DNA from: an uncultured Chloroflexia bacterium
Lineage (GTDB): Bacteria; Chloroflexota; Limnocylindria; Limnocylindrales; CSP1-4
Length of the DNA stretch: 64,000 nt
Reading direction: 5' to 3'
Assembly: GCA_963752475.1 (NCBI GenBank)
Contig: CAVVYR010000001.1
Span: forward strand, 160,001-224,000
The stretch's first letter is position 1; each line of letters opens with the position of its first letter. A program made the translations under genes and the position numbers. Under the pieces are notes generated by a model. The model worked only from the letters and a program-made list of their open reading frames with translations, did no database searches and was not told the origin of the DNA. Below are positions 9,750-20,447 of the stretch, piece by piece.

Positions 9750-10985
9750 GTGAGCGAGCAGCCCTTCCGCGTCGAGATCGACAAGCTTCGCGCCGATACC
9801 CGTGCCCGAGCACACGCCATCATCCGTGGCGCCGTGCCGTCGGTGGCCCCGGCCGTGGCCATCAGCGTGTGGCAGGCCGGCTCACCCTGGTTCGAGGCCT
9901 ATGCGGGGTGGGCCGATCCCGGGACCGAGACGATGCCGGTCGGTTTCCGCTCGCTGTTCGACCTGGCCTCGGTCAGCAAGCCCTTCACGGCGACGGCCCT
10001 CCTGCGCCTGGCCAACGACTTCAAGGTCGATCTCGATGACCCGGTCGGGAAGCTGCTGCCGGAGTTCGCAGCGAGCGGGCCCCGTGGGGTGGATGGCGGT
10101 GTCGACCCGCTGACATGGGAGCCGCTGTCGACGCCACCCGGGCGTGATGACCGCGAGTTCGACCCCGAACGTGTGACCTGGCGTCGGGTGCTGACACATA
10201 CCAGCGGGCTGGCACCGTGGCACCCGGTCTTCCGCGCGGCCGGCCCGACCCCTCCCCCGCCGGACGAACCGGATCCGGTCTCGATCGAGGAGCGCAGCGA
10301 GGCGGCACTCGCGGCCATCGGCGGCTATCGCTTCGTGGCCCAGCCAGGAGCCGAGTTCCACTACAGCGACATCGGCTTCATGCTCGCGGGCATGGCCGTC
10401 GCTCGCCGCTTCGGACGGCCGTTGCCGGAGGCGATGCAGGCGCTCATCCGCGACCGACTCAACCTCGACACGGTGACGTACACGCCGTTGGCCTTCGGTC
10501 GTCCACGCCAGCGGATCGTGCCCACAGAGCTCGACGAGCGCTGGCGTGGACGTCGCTGCTGGGGCGAGGTACACGACGAGAACGCAGCCGGGCTGGGTGG
10601 CGTCGCCGGGCATGCGGGGTTGTTCGCCACGGCTCACGATGTCGCCCGCTTCGGCGTGGCCTGGCTGCGACAGGATCCACGGATGCGGCTCGAGCGCTTC
10701 ATGCGCACCGCCGTGACGAACCAGACGAAGGAGCTCGAGGTGGCCCGCGGCCTCGGTTGGCAGGTGCAGCCGACCGACCACCTGGCCCCTTTCAGCGACG
10801 ACGCCTTCGGCCATACCGGCTTCACCGGTACCTCCCTGGCCGTGGACCCCAGGCGCGACCTCGTCGTGGCCCTGCTCACGAACCGCGTCTACCACGGGCG
10901 CGACCCACAGGCCATGAACCAGCTTCGGCTCGACGTCCACGAGGTCTTCGCGGCTGCCACCGATGCCGGAATCAGTCCATCATGA
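9750..10985 (+). CDS. Beta-lactamase-family serine hydrolase (AmiE-like)
   Basis: FDLASVSK (SxxK), YSD, VHDENA, GHAGLF, GHTGFTGT. Confidence 0.85.
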   Translation: MSEQPFRVEIDKLRADTRARAHAIIRGAVPSVAPAVAISVWQAGSPWFEAYAGWADPGTETMPVGFRSLFDLASVSKPFTATALLRLANDFKVDLDDPVGKLLPEFAASGPRGVDGGVDPLTWEPLSTPPGRDDREFDPERVTWRRVLTHTSGLAPWHPVFRAAGPTPPPPDEPDPVSIEERSEAALAAIGGYRFVAQPGAEFHYSDIGFMLAGMAVARRFGRPLPEAMQALIRDRLNLDTVTYTPLAFGRPRQRIVPTELDERWRGRRCWGEVHDENAAGLGGVAGHAGLFATAHDVARFGVAWLRQDPRMRLERFMRTAVTNQTKELEVARGLGWQVQPTDHLAPFSDDAFGHTGFTGTSLAVDPRRDLVVALLTNRVYHGRDPQAMNQLRLDVHEVFAAATDAGISPS

Positions 10986-12373
10986 GCGCGATGCCCGACC
11001 ACCCGATCCTCGGCCACATCCGCTCCGCGCGACCGGACCTCGGCCTCATCACCGAGCCCGACGAGACCTCCGACTTCCGAAGGGACGAGACCGACTTCAT
11101 CCCCTACGGCCGACCGCTGGCGGTGGCCTTCCCGACCTCGACCGAGGACGTCAGCGCCGTCGTCCGCGCCTGCGCTGCGTACAAGGTGCCGGTCGTGGCC
11201 CGGGGTGGTGGCTCGGGACTCTCGGGCGGGGCCAACGCCATGGACGGTTGGGTCGTGCTGGCCATGAGCGGCATGGACCGCATCATCGAGATCGACCCCG
11301 ACAACCTCCTGGTCGTGACACAGCCCGGCGTCATCACCGCTGACCTCGAGACCGCCGTCGAAGCCCAGGGCCTGCTCTACCCGCCCGATCCCGCCAGCCA
11401 CGAGCTGAGCTTCATCGGCGGCAACATCGCCGAGAACGCCGGTGGCCTACGCTGCGTCAAGTACGGTGTCACCCGGGACTACGTCCTGGGCCTCGAGGTC
11501 GTGCTGGCTGACGGCGAGGTCATCCGCGTCGGCGGTCGCAACGTCAAGGACGTGATGGGCTACGACCTCACCCGCCTGATGGTCGGCTCGGAGGGCACGC
11601 TCGGCATCATCACCGAGGCCACGCTCAAGCTACGGCCCAGGCCCGCGCCCAAGACCACGCTGCTGGCCTTCTTCCCCAGCGTCGGCCACGCCGGCGACGC
11701 GGTCTCACGGATCACCGCCGCGGGCGTCACCCCGGTCACGCTGGAGATGCTCGACCGCAACATCATCGACGCGGTGGAGGACGCGCTGCATCTTGGCCTG
11801 GACCCTGTGGCCGGAGCGATGCTGATGATCGAGTCCGATGCCGGTGGGGAACTGGCCGAGCAGGAGCTGGACACCGCCGCGGAGGCCTGCGATCGGGCAG
11901 GCGCGACCTCGCTCGACCGAGCCACCAACCCCGAGGAGGCCGATGCCATGAGGGAGGCCCGGCGCAAGGCCCACTGGGCGTTGAAGCAGCTTGGACAGGC
12001 GCGGACGGAAGATGTGAGCGTGCCGCGCAGCCGCGTGAGCGAGTTCATCGATGCCGTGGCCGTGATCTCGAAGCGGCACGACATGATGATCGGCGTCTTC
12101 GGGCATGCCGGCGACGGGAACTTCCATCCCGCGTACGTCACCGGCCACGACGATCCACGGGCGGAGGAGCGCACCGATGCTGTCCGGGCCGACCTCTACA
12201 CCGCGGTGCTCGCGCTCGGCGGCACCATCACCGGGGAGCACGGCACGGGCCTGACCAAGCGCGACTTCCTCGAACAGCAGTTCGGTCCACGTGGCGTCGC
12301 CGCCATGCGCGCCATCAAGGACGCGCTCGATCCCGACGGCATCCTCAACCCCGGGAAGCTGCTGCCGGACTGA
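10982..12373 (+). CDS. FAD-linked oxidase, GlcD/D-lactate dehydrogenase family
   Basis: RGGGSGLSGG, YPPDPAS, KYGVTRDYV, GHAGDGNFH, ITGEHGTG, LNPGK. Confidence 0.9.
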   Translation: MSAMPDHPILGHIRSARPDLGLITEPDETSDFRRDETDFIPYGRPLAVAFPTSTEDVSAVVRACAAYKVPVVARGGGSGLSGGANAMDGWVVLAMSGMDRIIEIDPDNLLVVTQPGVITADLETAVEAQGLLYPPDPASHELSFIGGNIAENAGGLRCVKYGVTRDYVLGLEVVLADGEVIRVGGRNVKDVMGYDLTRLMVGSEGTLGIITEATLKLRPRPAPKTTLLAFFPSVGHAGDAVSRITAAGVTPVTLEMLDRNIIDAVEDALHLGLDPVAGAMLMIESDAGGELAEQELDTAAEACDRAGATSLDRATNPEEADAMREARRKAHWALKQLGQARTEDVSVPRSRVSEFIDAVAVISKRHDMMIGVFGHAGDGNFHPAYVTGHDDPRAEERTDAVRADLYTAVLALGGTITGEHGTGLTKRDFLEQQFGPRGVAAMRAIKDALDPDGILNPGKLLPD

Positions 12374-12481
12374 CCTTCCCGGTGCGATACGGCTTGACGC
12401 GCGGGCGGCAGCGATGACAGCATCCACCGCAGGCTGGACGGATGTCCGCCGGCCACCATCGCGGAGGAGGAGAGAACGATC

Positions 12482-14023
12482 ATGCGTTCATTCAGTCTGG
12501 CCGGACTAGGGGCCAAGATCGGTATCGCCGCGATGTCGGCGGTGCTGGTCGCGGCCGCTACGGCACCCGGGGTCAGCGCCCAGGATGAGAGCGGCGGCGA
12601 CATCGTCGTCGGCGTCACCAGCGATGTCGACACGCTGTTCCCATGGAAGGCGACCCAGTTCCAGGCCTTCACGATCCTGGGCCTGGTCTACGACAACCTC
12701 GTCGAACTCGACCAGAACCTCGACATCGTTCCCGGCCTGGCCGAGTCCTGGGAGGTCTCCGACGACGGCCTGTCCATCTCCTTCACCTTGCGCGACGGTG
12801 TCACCTTCCACGACGGAGCGCCACTGACCTCGGCCGACGTCAAGGCCTCGCTCGATGCCATCCTCCTCGAAGAGACCGGCGCCGTAGCCCGGGCCGCGAT
12901 CTCCTCGATCGGCTCCGTCGACACACCCGATGACGCCACCGTCGTGCTGAACCTGACGACTCCTGACGCAGGTCTTCTCGCCGGCCTCGTCGGACCCAAC
13001 GTGGGCATCGTCCCGGCAGGCGCGACCGAGGAAGAGCTGAGCACGACCCCCAACGGCACCGGTCCCTTCGCCTTCAGCGAGCGAACGCCCAACGAGTCAC
13101 TCACGCTCGCCGGCAACGACGCCTACTGGCGAGAGGGGGAGCCCTCGCTCGCGAGTGTCGAGTTCCGCGTCATCCCAGACGAGTCCTCGATCGTGGACGC
13201 GCTGCGCTCGGGCAACGTCCAGCTCGCCGAGCTCAGCGACCCGCTCGTGGCCCTGACCGCGGAGGGCGACGGCATCACCGTCGAGAAGACCCCGCAGCTC
13301 GCCTATCACGTGCTCCAGATCAACCACAACCGGGAGCCGCTGGGCGACGTAAACGCGCGACTGGCCATCCAGTGCGCGGTCGATCGCCAGGAGGTCCTCG
13401 ACACCGCGGCCCTGGGTGAAGGCGCGGTCATCGGCCCCATCACCTCACCCGCCTACCTCAGCGATCCGTCCGCCCGGCCCTGCCCCGAGCGTGACGTCGA
13501 AGCGGCCAAGCAGTACCTCGCCGACGCGGGTCTCGCCGACGGCTTCACCATCGGCGCCATCGTCGCGCAGGGCGAGTACGCCACCGCCGTCAACGAGGCC
13601 CAGAGCCTCCAGGCTCAGCTGGCCGAAGTCGGCATCAACCTCGAGATCGAGCCGCTCGAGATCGGCGCCTTCGTGGACCGCTGGCTCGCGGCCGACTTCG
13701 ACACGGCCGTCGCACTCAACGGCGGCCGGCCCGATCCGGACACCATGTACGGTCGCTACTTCCCCAGCGACGGCAACCTCAACGAGATCGCCAGCTACAG
13801 CTCGCCCGAGCTCGATGACCTGTTCGCGCGGGGCAAGGCCTCGAGCGACCCCGAGGAGCGCAAGCAGATCTACGCGGACATCTCGAGGGAACTCGAGGAC
13901 AACGCCGTGTGGATCTGGATGTTCTCGGGCAACAAGTACTCGGCCATGACCGAGGACGTCGAAGGCTTCGTGCCCATGCCCAGCACGTCGCTCCAGTACC
14001 TGCGCACCACCACGTTGGAGTAG
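12482..14023 (+). CDS. ABC transporter substrate-binding protein (family 5, peptide/nickel)
   Basis: Signal peptide, PGLAESWEVSDDG, LRDGVTFHDG, GTGPF. Confidence 0.92.
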   Translation: MRSFSLAGLGAKIGIAAMSAVLVAAATAPGVSAQDESGGDIVVGVTSDVDTLFPWKATQFQAFTILGLVYDNLVELDQNLDIVPGLAESWEVSDDGLSISFTLRDGVTFHDGAPLTSADVKASLDAILLEETGAVARAAISSIGSVDTPDDATVVLNLTTPDAGLLAGLVGPNVGIVPAGATEEELSTTPNGTGPFAFSERTPNESLTLAGNDAYWREGEPSLASVEFRVIPDESSIVDALRSGNVQLAELSDPLVALTAEGDGITVEKTPQLAYHVLQINHNREPLGDVNARLAIQCAVDRQEVLDTAALGEGAVIGPITSPAYLSDPSARPCPERDVEAAKQYLADAGLADGFTIGAIVAQGEYATAVNEAQSLQAQLAEVGINLEIEPLEIGAFVDRWLAADFDTAVALNGGRPDPDTMYGRYFPSDGNLNEIASYSSPELDDLFARGKASSDPEERKQIYADISRELEDNAVWIWMFSGNKYSAMTEDVEGFVPMPSTSLQYLRTTTLE

Positions 14024-14065
14024 TCCGGCGAGCCGGATGCGAACGACAGGGAAAGACAGGGACGG

Positions 14066-15028
14066 GTGATCCGAACCAAACGGATCGCCCGTACCCTGGC
14101 CGAGGCAGCGGTCACCCTCTTCGGGGTGGCCGTCCTCGTGTTCGTCATGATGCGAGTCGTACCCGGCGACCAGATCACCGCGTCGCTGGGCATCGAAGCG
14201 GGCGTCATGACCGATGCGCAGCTCGACGCGCTGCGCGCCTACTACGGCATCGACCAGCCACTGGTGCAGCAGTTCCTGGGCTGGATCTCGGAAGTCGTAC
14301 AGGGCAACCTCGGGGTCTCGCAGCGGACGGGTCAGTCGGTCCTGGAGATGACCGCCTCGTCGCTGCCGGTGACCATCGAGCTGGCGCTGCTGTCCACGTT
14401 CCTGGGTGTGCTCATCGGGGTACCGCTGGGCATGCTCTCGGCCTCCCGACCCAACAGCCGGCGTGATGCCGGCGCGCAGCTCGTCGGCCTCGCGGCACTG
14501 TCGATCCCCAGCTTCCTGTTGGGCGCCCTGCTGCTTACCATCGTGTCGCGCGTCTTCCGCTACAACCCCAATGCCATGGGCTTCGCACGGCCGCTCGAGG
14601 ACCTGAGTCTCAACCTGCAGCAGATGCTGCTGCCGGCGATCGTGCTGGGCTTCGCGCTGGCGGCGCCGATCATGCGTACGACGCGGTCGGCCATCCTCGA
14701 GATCACGAGCCAGGACTTCGTGCGCACGGCGCGCGGCAAGGGCGTCTCCCCCATGCGCATCCAGATCCGCCACGTGCTGCACAACTCGCTGGTGCCCATC
14801 GTGACCATGACCGGCATCCAGTTCGGCTACCTGCTGGGCGGGGCCGTGGTCGTCGAACAGATCTTCTCGGTGCCGGGCATCGGGCGGCAGTTCCTCCTGG
14901 GCATGCACCAGAAGGAGTACGCGGTGGTCCAGTCCACGGTGCTCGTCATCGCCCTCCTGTTCCTCATCGTGAACCTCGCGACCGACCTGCTCTATCGCAT
15001 CATCGACCCACGAGTGCGCACCGGATGA
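14066..15028 (+). CDS. ABC permease DppB-like
   Basis: FVRTARGKG loop, IIDPRV. Confidence 0.9.
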   Translation: MIRTKRIARTLAEAAVTLFGVAVLVFVMMRVVPGDQITASLGIEAGVMTDAQLDALRAYYGIDQPLVQQFLGWISEVVQGNLGVSQRTGQSVLEMTASSLPVTIELALLSTFLGVLIGVPLGMLSASRPNSRRDAGAQLVGLAALSIPSFLLGALLLTIVSRVFRYNPNAMGFARPLEDLSLNLQQMLLPAIVLGFALAAPIMRTTRSAILEITSQDFVRTARGKGVSPMRIQIRHVLHNSLVPIVTMTGIQFGYLLGGAVVVEQIFSVPGIGRQFLLGMHQKEYAVVQSTVLVIALLFLIVNLATDLLYRIIDPRVRTG

Positions 15029-15912
15029 ACGCCGAGGCCACCTGGGTCGAGTACGAGGACGCCCCACCGCAGCGCGACAGCCTGTGGCGGCGGCTGATGG
15101 CCAGCCGCAGCGGCCGGATCGGCTTGATCCTGACCGCGGCCATCATCGGCCTGGGCCTCCTGGCCGCCCTCGGCCTGACGCCCTACGACCCCATCTCTCA
15201 GCGAGCCCAGGATCGGCTCATGGGACCGTCGGCGGCCTACTGGTTCGGGACCGACCAGTTCGGCCGCGACATCCTCTCGCGCTCCATGGCCGGCGTGGCC
15301 ACGTCCCTGCAGGTGGCGGTCGTGGCGGTGACGATCTCGGCGGTGCTGGGCACGACGTTCGGCGTGGTGGCCGGGTTCTTCGGCAACCGCGTGCGCGGTC
15401 CCATCAACGCCCTCACCAACATCCTCTTCGCTTTCCCGCCGCTGCTGCTGGCACTGGCGCTGGCTTCGGTCACCACGCGCAACTGGTTCACCGTGGCCGT
15501 CGCCATCGCGGTCGTCTACATCCCCATCTTCGTCCGCGTCACGCGTGCACCGGTGCTCTCGCTGCGTGAGGCGGATTACATCAAGGCCGCGCGGGTGCTG
15601 GGCTACCCCTCGAGCCGGATCCTGTTCCGGCACCTGCTGCCCAACATCATGCCCATCGTCATCGTGCAGGTGACGCTCTCGCTGTCCTGGGCGGTCCTGA
15701 CCGCGGCTGCGCTCAGCTACCTGGGCCTGGGCACGCCGCCTCCGACGCCGGCGCTCGGCTCGATGGTCTTCGATGCCAAGAACCTGGTCACGATCGCGTG
15801 GTGGACGATGGCCGCACCGGGCCTCGTGCTGATCGTCCTCGTCGTCGGGCTCAACCTCCTCGGCGATGGCCTGCGGGACGCGCTCGACCCGCGCAACGAG
15901 AGCCACTCGTGA
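15025..15912 (+). CDS. ABC permease DppC-like
   Basis: FGTDQFGRD, HLLPN, LGDGLRDALDPR. Confidence 0.9.
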   Translation: MNAEATWVEYEDAPPQRDSLWRRLMASRSGRIGLILTAAIIGLGLLAALGLTPYDPISQRAQDRLMGPSAAYWFGTDQFGRDILSRSMAGVATSLQVAVVAVTISAVLGTTFGVVAGFFGNRVRGPINALTNILFAFPPLLLALALASVTTRNWFTVAVAIAVVYIPIFVRVTRAPVLSLREADYIKAARVLGYPSSRILFRHLLPNIMPIVIVQVTLSLSWAVLTAAALSYLGLGTPPPTPALGSMVFDAKNLVTIAWWTMAAPGLVLIVLVVGLNLLGDGLRDALDPRNESHS

Positions 15913-16874
15913 GCGAGAGCCTGCTGCGGATCGAGGACCTCGTCGTGACCCTGCGCTCGCCTCGCGGCGACCACGACATCGTCCACGGCATCGATCTGAC
16001 CGTGGCCGCGGGTGAGACGCTGGGCGTCGTGGGCGAGAGCGGCTCCGGCAAGACGCTCACGATGCTGGCGGTGATGGGGCTCCTCTCCGCACCACTCGAG
16101 ATGACCCGTGGGAGCGTGCGCCTCGAAGGCGCGGAGATCGGGGCGCTGCCCGAGGACCAGATGCGCGAGCTGCGCGGCCGTCGCCTGGCCATGGTCTACC
16201 AGGACCCGATGACCTCGCTCAACCCGCTCATGCGCGTCGGCGACCAGGTCGTCGAGACGATGACGGCACACGGCGTTCCCAAGGCGGAGGCAGCCCGGCG
16301 AGCGCTCGACACGTTGGCACGCGTGGAGATGCCCGATCCGGTGCGCACGGCGAAGGCGTATCCGCACGAGCTCTCGGGCGGCATGCGCCAGCGCGCCCTC
16401 ATCGCCACCGCCCTCGCCAACGACCCGACCCTGTTGATCGCGGACGAACCCACGACCGCGCTCGACGTCACCATCCAGCGGCAGATCCTGGCCCTGGTCA
16501 AGCACCTGAGCACCGAGTTCCGGATGACGACGATCTGGGTCACGCACGATCTCGGCGTCATCGCCCGGCTGGTCGATCGCGTGGTGGTGATGTACGGCGG
16601 CCACATCGTGGAGGATGCGCCGGTCGACCAGATCTTCCATGCGCCGCAACACCCGTACACCCGTCGTCTGCTGGCCTCGCTGCCGAACCCCGCCGATGAC
16701 GACCGACCACCGCTGGCCCAGATCCCCGGCCGACCACCGCTGCCGAGTGAGCACATCGAGGGCTGCCCCTTCAGGCCACGCTGCACCGAAGCCATCGACG
16801 CCTGCGGTACCCTGCCGCAGCTGGAACCGCGGCTGGCCGGACGGGTCGCGTGCTGGGTCCCGGCAGACCGATGA
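15909..16874 (+). CDS. ABC ATP-binding DppD-like
   Basis: [24 protein letters not shown]. Confidence 0.9.
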   Translation: MSESLLRIEDLVVTLRSPRGDHDIVHGIDLTVAAGETLGVVGESGSGKTLTMLAVMGLLSAPLEMTRGSVRLEGAEIGALPEDQMRELRGRRLAMVYQDPMTSLNPLMRVGDQVVETMTAHGVPKAEAARRALDTLARVEMPDPVRTAKAYPHELSGGMRQRALIATALANDPTLLIADEPTTALDVTIQRQILALVKHLSTEFRMTTIWVTHDLGVIARLVDRVVVMYGGHIVEDAPVDQIFHAPQHPYTRRLLASLPNPADDDRPPLAQIPGRPPLPSEHIEGCPFRPRCTEAIDACGTLPQLEPRLAGRVACWVPADR

Positions 16875-17882
16875 CGGAGGCGAAGCGGGACGACATCGCG
16901 GTGATCCTGGAAGCCACCGACCTCCACAAGCGCTTCCCGGTACGTGGGACCGATCTCGTCGTGAACGCCGTCAACGGCGTGTCGCTCACGCTGGAGGCCG
17001 GCGAGACGCTCGGGATCGTGGGCGAATCCGGCTGCGGCAAGTCGACGCTCGCTCGGCTGCTGGTGCGCCTGGAGGAACCGACGAGCGGACAGGTCGTGCT
17101 GGACGGGGTCGACGTTACCGGTCTTGGAGGGCCGGGCCCTGCGAGCACAGCGGCGCAAGATCCAGCTGGTCTTTCAGGACCCGTACGCCTCGCTCAACCC
17201 GCGACTGACCGCCGGCGCCACGATCGAGGAGGTCCTCGTCGTGCATGGGCTCCACGGCAGTACCAGCGGCCGTGCCGAGCGCGTGGCGACGCTTCTGGAC
17301 ATGGTCGGCCTGCGGCGATCGTTCGCTGAGCGGCTGCCCCATGAACTCTCCGGTGGGCAGCGCCAACGCGTGGGCATCGCCAGGGCGCTGGCGGTTGAGC
17401 CACGCGTGCTACTCCTCGATGAGCCGGTCTCAGCGCTGGATGTGTCCGTCCGCGCCGAGATCATGAACCTGCTCACCCAGCTGCGTGCTGACCTCGGGCT
17501 CAGCTACATCTTCATCAGCCACGACGTGGCGATGGTCCGACACATCAGCGACCGGGTGGCGGTCATGTACCTCGGCAGGGTGGTCGAAGCCGGCCCCTGG
17601 AAGGAGGTCGTGGACCGGCCGCTGCACCCGTACACCAAGGCACTTCGCGAGGCCGTGCCGGTGCCTGATCCGCGAGCGACGGGCGAGCTGGTGGCATCGG
17701 TAGCGGGCGAGGTTCCGGACCCTGCGAGGCCGCCTGCGGGCTGCCCCTTCCATCCGCGCTGCCCCATCGCCGAGAGCATCTGCCAGGCCGAAGAGCCACG
17801 CCTCGAGGATGTCCGACCGGGTCATCTCGTGGCCTGCCACGTCGTGGCTCGCGAGGCCGCGGCACCACATGGGACCACCTGA
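16871..17882 (+). CDS. ABC ATP-binding DppF-like (frameshift near 17125)
   Basis: GESGCGKST in one frame; [16 protein letters not shown] in another. Confidence 0.85.
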
Positions 17883-17884
17883 GG

Positions 17885-18400
17885 ATGGCGACGCGTACCG
17901 ACCTGCGCACCGCCCAGCGGGATGACCTCGAAGACATCGCCGACCTCTTCCTGGCCTGCTGGCAGACGTCCTATCGGGACGTGCTTCCGCCGGCGCTCGT
18001 GGCCATGTATGGACCATCGGAAGCAAGAGCACTATGGCAACGCTCGTTCGAACGGGGAACGGACGAGCGGCGGGTGGTCGTGGCCGACGATGTGGAGCAC
18101 GGCATCGTGGGGGTCGTGGTCACGGGACGAGAACCAGGTCATGCCGACACGGGCCACATCTTCAGCCTCTATGTCGATCCGGAAGCACAGGGCCTGGGGA
18201 TCGGCTCGCGACTGATGGCCGCTGCGATCGAGCGATTCGTGGCCGAAGGGCTATCACGGGCGAGTCTGTGGGTCTTCGCGGCGAACAGGCACGCGCTCGA
18301 GTTCTACGAGCGCTTCGGGTGGTTCCCGGATGGGACCGAGCGCGTGGAACCCGAGTACGGCGAGCCAGAGCTCCGTCTGGCTCGTTCGCTGGCGCTGTGA
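17885..18400 (+). CDS. GNAT N-acetyltransferase
   Basis: LYVDPEAQGLGIGSRLM, N..A..FYERFG. Confidence 0.88.
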   Translation: MATRTDLRTAQRDDLEDIADLFLACWQTSYRDVLPPALVAMYGPSEARALWQRSFERGTDERRVVVADDVEHGIVGVVVTGREPGHADTGHIFSLYVDPEAQGLGIGSRLMAAAIERFVAEGLSRASLWVFAANRHALEFYERFGWFPDGTERVEPEYGEPELRLARSLAL

Positions 18401-18440
18401 GTCGGGCAACGGCTGGCTGACGGCCGAGGGCGCCCGTCGC

Positions 18441-18647
18441 TCAGGATCGATCGTCCGTGTCGGGTCGGAAGATGCGCTCGATGGGCAGCTCGAAGACCGC
18501 GGCGATGCGGAACGCCAGCGGCAGCGAGGGATCGTAGCGACCGGCCTCGATGGCGTTGATCGACTGGCGTGAGACACCCAGGCGCTCGCCCAACTCGGAC
18601 TGTGACCAGCCGTGGTCGGCGCGCAACTCCCGGACGCGATTCTCCAC
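18441..18647 (-). CDS. Cro/C1 (XRE) HTH transcriptional regulator
   Basis: NRVRELR..WSQSELGERLGVSRQSINAIEAGRYDPSL. Confidence 0.9.
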   Translation of the reverse strand: MENRVRELRADHGWSQSELGERLGVSRQSINAIEAGRYDPSLPLAFRIAAVFELPIERIFRPDTDDRS

Positions 18648-19039
18648 TAGCGGTACCGCCAGTGAGCGAGCGCGAGGCCCGCGAGGTAGGCCACGTTCAT
18701 CACCACGAACCAGGCGAAGCCGCTCATTTCCGGGGCGCCCACGTTCTCGAGGAAACCCCATGTGATGGCCACGCCCATCGAGCCCAGGAGCGCGACCGGC
18801 AGCGCCGTCAGGTGCACGGTCTGCCAATACTCGTCCATGGCCCGGAAGCGGTTGACCACCACCAGCACGATGACGGCCATGCCTGCGACCGGTACCAGGG
18901 CAACCACATACCGGAGCGGGCTGTCGTCCAGCTCGCCCGTGCCGAGCACGACCATCGAGGCCGCGAGCAGGAGCCCGTAGATGACCAGTCCTGTGATCAG
19001 CTGGGCCGCGTAGCTCATCCGGCCGAAACGCTCGATCAT
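18647..19039 (-). CDS. 4-TM membrane protein coupled to the XRE gene
   Basis: Hydrophobic, MDE motif, stop abuts the HTH start. Confidence 0.75.
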   Translation of the reverse strand: MIERFGRMSYAAQLITGLVIYGLLLAASMVVLGTGELDDSPLRYVVALVPVAGMAVIVLVVVNRFRAMDEYWQTVHLTALPVALLGSMGVAITWGFLENVGAPEMSGFAWFVVMNVAYLAGLALAHWRYR

Positions 19040-19191
19040 CGCCCGTGCCTCCGCTGCCACATCCGGACACCCGCTGGCAACAGAGCTGCGCCGAGTCCAA
19101 GGGCATAGCCGGCCGGGCCCATCGAGGCCGCGAAGGCGGCTCCCAGCCCGATGCCGAGTGCGACGAGCGCACCCATCGTCCACGTGGTCAT
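19036..19191 (-). CDS. Small 2-TM membrane protein
   Basis: GGAGGAG RBS, ATGA overlap with the next gene. Confidence 0.6.
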   Translation of the reverse strand: MTTWTMGALVALGIGLGAAFAASMGPAGYALGLGAALLPAGVRMWQRRHGR

Positions 19192-19220
19192 CTCGACTCC
19201 TCCCGGCGAATGAGGCCGGC

Positions 19221-19284
19221 TGTAAAGCGTGCTTTCCATCAGCCTATCTACCCCGCGAGATAATGTCAAGTGTCCTTTCCATCA
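19221..19284 (-). promoter_or_regulatory. Sigma70-type promoter flanked by two 21-nt operator repeats
   Basis: Minus strand TTGACA-N17-TAGGCT; plus-strand repeats TGTAAAGCGTGCTTTCCATCA and TGTCAAGTGTCCTTTCCATCA. Confidence 0.75.
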
Positions 19285-19508
19285 AGCGCCAAGTCCCTCG
19301 GCCGGCCTTGCGTCAGGCGCAAGAGCTAGGCACTCGAGGGAATGAACAGGTCCATTCATCGCGCGCCGTGCAAGAGACGGTCGGCAAGCTCCGTCTCACG
19401 CAGGGTATCGACGATCTGAGGGTCACTCCGGTCAAGCTCTTGCACGTGGTGGCAGCACAGCCGGAGACCACTCGCTCTGGGGCGCCCGGAACGCCTCCGG
19501 GCGCAGGA

Positions 19509-19895
19509 TCAGGATCGGGGCTTGGGCACGTGCTGGTCGATGAGGATGACGTTGCCTTCAGGGTCCGTGAGCATGATGCTCGCGACGTCGGCGGAGTCCG
19601 GGTCGGCCCGGTCCAGCAGTTCGACACCGGCAGACTCGAGCTGTGCCTGGATGTCGCGCACGTCCTCGAAGTCGTCGAGGATCAGGGCATCGTGGTCCCA
19701 GCCGGGGTTGAAGGTCAGGATGTTGCCTTCGAACATGCCCTCGAAGAGCCCGAGCGTGCACTCGCCGTTGCGCAGGATGATGTAGTTCTGCTCGCTCGCG
19801 TCATGGAAGACGCTGAAGCCGAGCTTCTCGTAGAAGGCGCGGGTCGTGGCCAGGTCCTTGACCGAGAGGCTGACAGAAAACGTTCCGAGGTCCAT
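19509..19895 (-). CDS. VOC/glyoxalase family protein
   Basis: SLSVKDL..FYEKLGF, ILTFNPGW, DPEGNVILIDQH. Confidence 0.85.
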   Translation of the reverse strand: MDLGTFSVSLSVKDLATTRAFYEKLGFSVFHDASEQNYIILRNGECTLGLFEGMFEGNILTFNPGWDHDALILDDFEDVRDIQAQLESAGVELLDRADPDSADVASIMLTDPEGNVILIDQHVPKPRS

Positions 19896-20086
19896 GTGGG
19901 CTCCTTGTGCGTAGGCCCCTAGCATCCCCTCCTCGTCCAGCCTGCCTCGGCGCGATGCTCGACCTTTGCCGACTGCAACACCTCTGCAAGGCCTTGGCGG
20001 CTCAGCCACGCGCGCCTGTCGGTCGCGAAGGGCGAGTCTCGGAGACGACATCGACCCCGCCACCCCACACACTCAAGGAGATCCGC

Positions 20087-20374
20087 ATGCTGACCATCAC
20101 ACCGACCGCCGCCGGCGTCCTCAACGAGGCCCGTACCGACAAGGGAGCTCCGGACGACTTCGGAGTCCGCTTCTTCGCGACCACGCCGCAGGAGAGTGAC
20201 AGCGCCCGGTTGGCCTTCAAGTTCGTGGACTCACCGCAGGACGGGGACACCGTCCTCGCCGATAGCCCGATCGAAGCCTACGTGGCGCCCGATGTCGAAC
20301 GGCTGATCGGCGACGTCACGGTCGATACCAGGGACAACGGCGGCGACCTCGGCCTCGTCGTCAAGCGCAACTAG
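20087..20374 (+). CDS. HesB/IscA-like small protein lacking Cys
   Basis: MLTITPTAA, P..GD.V; AAGGAG RBS. Confidence 0.65.
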   Translation: MLTITPTAAGVLNEARTDKGAPDDFGVRFFATTPQESDSARLAFKFVDSPQDGDTVLADSPIEAYVAPDVERLIGDVTVDTRDNGGDLGLVVKRN

Positions 20375-20447
20375 TCGTCGGCGCGGCAGATCCGCGCGAG
20401 CAGACGGCAGAAGGCCGCGGCGCGACAAGAGGAGGAGCGCCGCCGCC

